DNA of 64,000 bases from a virus (lineage: Duplodnaviria > Heunggongvirae > Uroviricota > Caudoviricetes). The translations under genes were made by a program, and so were the position numbers. Under the pieces are notes generated by a model, which was given only the letters and a program-made list of their open reading frames with translations, ran no database searches and had not been told where the DNA came from. The number at the start of each line of letters is the position of its first letter. The first letter of the stretch is position 1. The stretch lies in IMG/VR virus record IMGVR_UViG_3300021400_000025, positions 150,479 to 214,478 of that record, one strand, 5' to 3'. Positions 60,376 through 64,000 of this stretch are shown here, piece after piece.

Positions 60376-60708
60376 CTATTTACCATTTTGGTTCTGCGTC
60401 TTCACGAAGTAGTCCAAGATTGATTCAACGACCTTTGCATCAATGTTCGTGCGTCCATTGGTTGATTCCACCATGAAGATGTCAATGTCGGTGTGTGTTT
60501 TTGTATCCATTCTATGCACATCATCCACGAAATGCGTAAGGGAAATCCCGAACAGAAACTCTGCAAGTTCATCTACTGTCTCGAATCCACCAATGTCCAT
60601 GACATCGCTTTTTCCATCAGTGACGAGCCATATGTTGGCCGTCTTGTTTTCAAGGTCTGGTCCATGGCTTATGATATCCACTATCAATTGGCTTGTCATC
60701 ATAATCAT
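60376..60708 (-). CDS. Hypothetical protein (appears to end at TAG)
   Basis: Ends NQNGK* at TAG 60376; readthrough would run 68 nt into gp14. Confidence 0.5.
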   Translation of the reverse strand: MIMMTSQLIVDIISHGPDLENKTANIWLVTDGKSDVMDIGGFETVDELAEFLFGISLTHFVDDVHRMDTKTHTDIDIFMVESTNGRTNIDAKVVESILDYFVKTQNQNGK

Positions 60709-60730
60709 TTTGGCAGCTACTTCATGGTTT

Positions 60731-61024
60731 TCAATGAACAATCCTCCCCCCAAACAAAGCCACAATGCTGTTCATCACATCAATGTCTATGTTCGTGGAA
60801 TGGTCAAGGGAAGGTTGGACGAGAAACGAAACCAATCCAGGGTCTCCCCATATTTGGAAAATCTCATACCCTTGGGTGGAGAGGTCAAAGAGTTTCTGCA
60901 TTGCATCGTCAAGATTGTGGACAACAAGATCGTCTGTGGGTCTGTCAACGACAACTGTTTCGCAGGTGTCTGCCACCCTTGTGTCATAGATGCGGATGTT
61001 CAACCCCACTTGCCACTTGATCAT
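60731..61024 (-). CDS. Hypothetical protein
   Basis: MIKWQVGLNIRIYD...; operon context. Confidence 0.5.
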   Translation of the reverse strand: MIKWQVGLNIRIYDTRVADTCETVVVDRPTDDLVVHNLDDAMQKLFDLSTQGYEIFQIWGDPGLVSFLVQPSLDHSTNIDIDVMNSIVALFGGRIVH

Positions 61025-61067
61025 CCCCCATCCCCATCGTTTCGCCACGACCACGGCGAGGTCTATG

Positions 61068-61229
61068 TCACGAATCAATGACATCATCAACCATTTCCGG
61101 GGTAAGGCTCAAGTCCTTGCGTTCCTTCAACTCCAGCGCCTTCAATTCGTTGGCAATCTTGAGCTGCTTCGCGATGTCCACCAGATAATGGGGGATGATT
61201 TCCATGAACCTCTGTTCAATCACTGTCAT
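61068..61229 (-). CDS. Small hypothetical protein
   Basis: MTVIEQRFMEIIPHYLVDIAKQLKIANELK; RBS GAAAGGA. Confidence 0.55.
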   Translation of the reverse strand: MTVIEQRFMEIIPHYLVDIAKQLKIANELKALELKERKDLSLTPEMVDDVIDS

Positions 61230-61626
61230 TTTCGTTGTTCCTTTCTGCTTGTATCTTTCTCTCTATCTCGTACAACTTGTTGAATGCCTCAATCAAGGTT
61301 GGAGTGATGTTGGTTGAATGGTCAGGCGTTTCACTGAGACATATGATAATCCTCACTGTTCTGGTTAAATAGCCCAAAAGAATTTCAATGTGCGCTATGG
61401 AGAAGTGAAGCGAGGAATCAAACATCTTTTCGCAGAACTTGTCCTTGTCCCATATCCTTGCAACCTTGCCACTTGCCCATTCACCCATGATGAAATCTCT
61501 TGAAAGTGGGTCTCCAACCTTCAGATAGATGAAGTCAAAATAGGGCAGGTCGATGTCGTACTTTCTGCATGAGTTGCACACCTCCCCAATATACCCTATC
61601 AATTCGTTTTCAGTCATTTCCTGCAT
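61216..61626 (-). CDS. Hypothetical protein
   Basis: Follows the VWA gene. Confidence 0.5.
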   Translation of the reverse strand: MQEMTENELIGYIGEVCNSCRKYDIDLPYFDFIYLKVGDPLSRDFIMGEWASGKVARIWDKDKFCEKMFDSSLHFSIAHIEILLGYLTRTVRIIICLSETPDHSTNITPTLIEAFNKLYEIERKIQAERNNENDSD

Positions 61627-61628
61627 TT

Positions 61629-63050
61629 TCAGATGTCGCGGTAGTCGGGCTTGTAGACCATCTTCTCTCCCCATTCCACGAAGTCCTTGTCAGCATCAGG
61701 GGTGAGGACGAAGAGGGTCGGGTAGGGAGGTGGATAGGTGGGCATGGAAATGTACCCATCTGTGAATGTTATCACGCAGTTGAAATCGTCGCCCAGTTCG
61801 CGCAGCTTCTTGAAGGCAGGGCGGAAGTCTGAACCACCACCACCCTTCGCGTTGAACTTGTCGAACTCCATTGGCGTGTCGGCGTCATAGGTCTTGACAT
61901 CCTGAACCTCGGCATCGCACTGAATCATCGTGATCTCGTACTTGCCAAAGGACTCAACCAGAGCCTTGAACTCAGCAAGGAACTTGGGGAGATCCTGAAG
62001 ATAGGAACCAGAGGTGTCAAGGATGAGAGCGGCCTTGATCTTCATGTCGGTCTTGCCGGGAAGATACATTCCCCTTCCAAGGGCATGGCGGGAGCAGCGC
62101 GCCCAAGAGTGTTCTCCACCAAGGGTCTTCGTGACGAACTGGCTCAGCGCCTCCTTCCAATTGATCTCGGGCTTGAGCATTTCCTTCACAAGATTGTCGA
62201 TTCCTGCGGGCAGATGCCCCTGCTTGCGCTCAATGCTCTGCGCAACACTCGTCACCATTTCCTTGATGTTGTTCTCAACTTCACGTCCATCCTTCATGGA
62301 CGGGTTGAAGTCCTGGTCAAAGCCCTTCTTGCCCCACTTGCCATCCTTCTCCTGACCCTGACCTGCGTTCTCTCCCTCGTAGATGTGCTTGTCGAACTGG
62401 TTGCCATGCTTGGTCTTGTTGTTGCCACTGTTGGATGAGGAGGAGGAGCCGGCATTTCCACCATTGCTGTCGGAACCCTCTTCCCCATCGCCATCCATGC
62501 CATCGCCAGAGCCTGAAGAGTTGGTTGATGAGTCGTTTTCCCCCTGACCATTTCCACTCTGCTTGTTCCCCTTCTTGCCATTCTGCTGCTTCAGCTGCTT
62601 CTGCTGTTGCTGCATGAGGTAGGCGTAGATGTCCTCGGCGTTCTTGCCGGCCACGATGGGGTCGGGGAAGCAACCATCCTTCAGAACCTCCATTCCCTCG
62701 TTCTGGAGCATGTGGTTGATTTCCATGTCGGTGGCAACATTCCACAGCTGGACATCACGAGCCTGCCTGCGGATGAAGTGAAGGAAGATGTTGTGCCAGA
62801 CCTCATGGGCAAGCACGAACTGGCGCTGACCCTCGGTCAAGGTGCTGTAGAACTCGCAATCAAAGAAAATCTTTGACCCATCGGTCGCGGCAGTGCCCAG
62901 GCGGCAATCATAGGTGGGCACAATGCTGAACCTAAGAAGCATCTCCCCGATGAAGGGATGCTTCTCAAGAAGCTGCCACCTGGCGTATTCAAGACCCTTC
63001 ATGACGGTCTCTTTGACATCTTCAATGTTCTTCTTTTCGGCCATAACCAT
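61629..63050 (-). CDS. VWA-like domain plus putative metallopeptidase (DUF2201-type) protein
   Basis: TAATDG, LAHEVWHNIFLH, WNVATDMEIN, LDTSGS, DAEV, GGGGSDF, FTDGY. Confidence 0.85.
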   Translation of the reverse strand: MVMAEKKNIEDVKETVMKGLEYARWQLLEKHPFIGEMLLRFSIVPTYDCRLGTAATDGSKIFFDCEFYSTLTEGQRQFVLAHEVWHNIFLHFIRRQARDVQLWNVATDMEINHMLQNEGMEVLKDGCFPDPIVAGKNAEDIYAYLMQQQQKQLKQQNGKKGNKQSGNGQGENDSSTNSSGSGDGMDGDGEEGSDSNGGNAGSSSSSNSGNNKTKHGNQFDKHIYEGENAGQGQEKDGKWGKKGFDQDFNPSMKDGREVENNIKEMVTSVAQSIERKQGHLPAGIDNLVKEMLKPEINWKEALSQFVTKTLGGEHSWARCSRHALGRGMYLPGKTDMKIKAALILDTSGSYLQDLPKFLAEFKALVESFGKYEITMIQCDAEVQDVKTYDADTPMEFDKFNAKGGGGSDFRPAFKKLRELGDDFNCVITFTDGYISMPTYPPPYPTLFVLTPDADKDFVEWGEKMVYKPDYRDI

Positions 63051-63233
63051 TCTCCTCGAAGGAACTCGCGGGCATCCTTCTTCTCCCTTATGAGGAACTT
63101 GCTCGTCCTCACCCAAACAACGACAATAGTATACACTATTTCACTCATAATGTCAAGGGGGTATGGACATAATTTACAGATGTTCCCCAATGGTGTATAA
63201 TTGATTATACCTTGGAGGAAAGAGGAAATAGGC

Positions 63234-64000
63234 ATGAAAATCAGAGTTTTTTCAGATATACACATTGATGTAAATCAAAACTTCCCATTTTCGCTCAGAA
63301 CAAGCGAAAAAGACGTTTTCACGCTCATTCCGGGGGACATAAGTGGAAATGTGAAGTTGACAGCCAAGTGGATTCAGGCGAACATCCACAATGGCATGTT
63401 CATAGTGGGCAACCACGATCCCTCATACAACGATCTTGGATGGACCATCGGCAAGCAAAAGCAATACCTGCACGACAAGTTCCCAATTGATGGACCGGTC
63501 ACATTCATGGACGAATCTGTTGGCGTTATGTCAAAGCAAATCCCAGGCACGAACATATTGGTGATTGGCTCAACGCTCTACACCGACTACAACTACATGG
63601 AAGAGCGCATGAGAGAAGGACTTGCAGATGGCAACGCGAGGAGAAGGGAGCATGGCGAAAATGAGCTGACGATCCCAGAGGTGAACATGGCAATGGCTTC
63701 CCGTGGTCTCAACGATTTCAGATGGGGTCATGTGGAGGATGAGTTTGACGATAGGGGATTGAAGCAAAGACTTGTCAGACCATCTGACTACAAGAGGTGG
63801 TTCGACATCACCTTCGGCAAGATCAACCAACTTGTGCAGGACAACAAGGACAAGGACATAATAATCATGTCTCATCATTGCCCCACGCCGAAATGCATCG
63901 CAAGCCAGTATGTGGACAACGAAATGAACGCATCCTATGTGTCAGACCTTGAGCAGTTCATCATTGACAATCCCAACATCAGAGCATGGTGCTGTGGTCA
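63234..64000 (+). CDS. Metallophosphoesterase, partial (runs off window end)
   Basis: FSDIH, PGDIS, GNHD, SHHCP, WCCGH; promoter at 63173-63201. Confidence 0.85.
   Translation, partial: MKIRVFSDIHIDVNQNFPFSLRTSEKDVFTLIPGDISGNVKLTAKWIQANIHNGMFIVGNHDPSYNDLGWTIGKQKQYLHDKFPIDGPVTFMDESVGVMSKQIPGTNILVIGSTLYTDYNYMEERMREGLADGNARRREHGENELTIPEVNMAMASRGLNDFRWGHVEDEFDDRGLKQRLVRPSDYKRWFDITFGKINQLVQDNKDKDIIIMSHHCPTPKCIASQYVDNEMNASYVSDLEQFIIDNPNIRAWCCG

Noticed and set aside
63234-63260. MKIRVFSDIH start as a ninth SNSSSSSF-family member
   Set aside because: Only MKIR matches; what follows is the metallophosphoesterase DxH motif.
1-64000. tRNA genes, especially a CUA suppressor, and RF2 or aaRS genes
   Set aside because: No cloverleaf with a convincing T-loop (GTTCRA) and no such protein seen by eye. 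They may lie outside the window; tRNAscan-SE/ARAGORN would be decisive.

Overview
This window is part of a large T4-like (myovirus-type) jumbo phage genome. It carries a gp20-like portal, gp14-like neck, gp19-like tail tube, two gp26-like baseplate hub genes, a gp41/DnaB helicase, a gp62-like clamp loader subunit, a sigma-like factor, GroEL, a ClpP-like protease and dUTPase. The genome does not use the standard code. I traced 37 in-frame TAG codons inside 21 genes, and reading through them rejoins conserved motifs and restores ATGA gene overlaps. TAG is most likely Gln (code 15), so the supplied code-11 ORF track fragments many genes. Accessory content includes a glycosyltransferase cluster, a restriction-modification island with a split methyltransferase, a 1202-aa BspA/InlB-repeat adhesin-like protein and an 899-aa putative clan-CD protease. 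The two strongest leads are (1) eight otherwise divergent early proteins sharing a near-invariant N-terminus MK[ILV]RxDYVSNSSSSSF, seven of them in one operon, and (2) a Ro60/TROVE gene flanked on both sides by separately promoted ~85-nt structured RNAs with an identical bulged-helix motif (candidate phage Y RNAs). I found no tRNA, rRNA, CRISPR array, integrase or transposase. All family assignments come from motif recognition by eye; no database searches were run.
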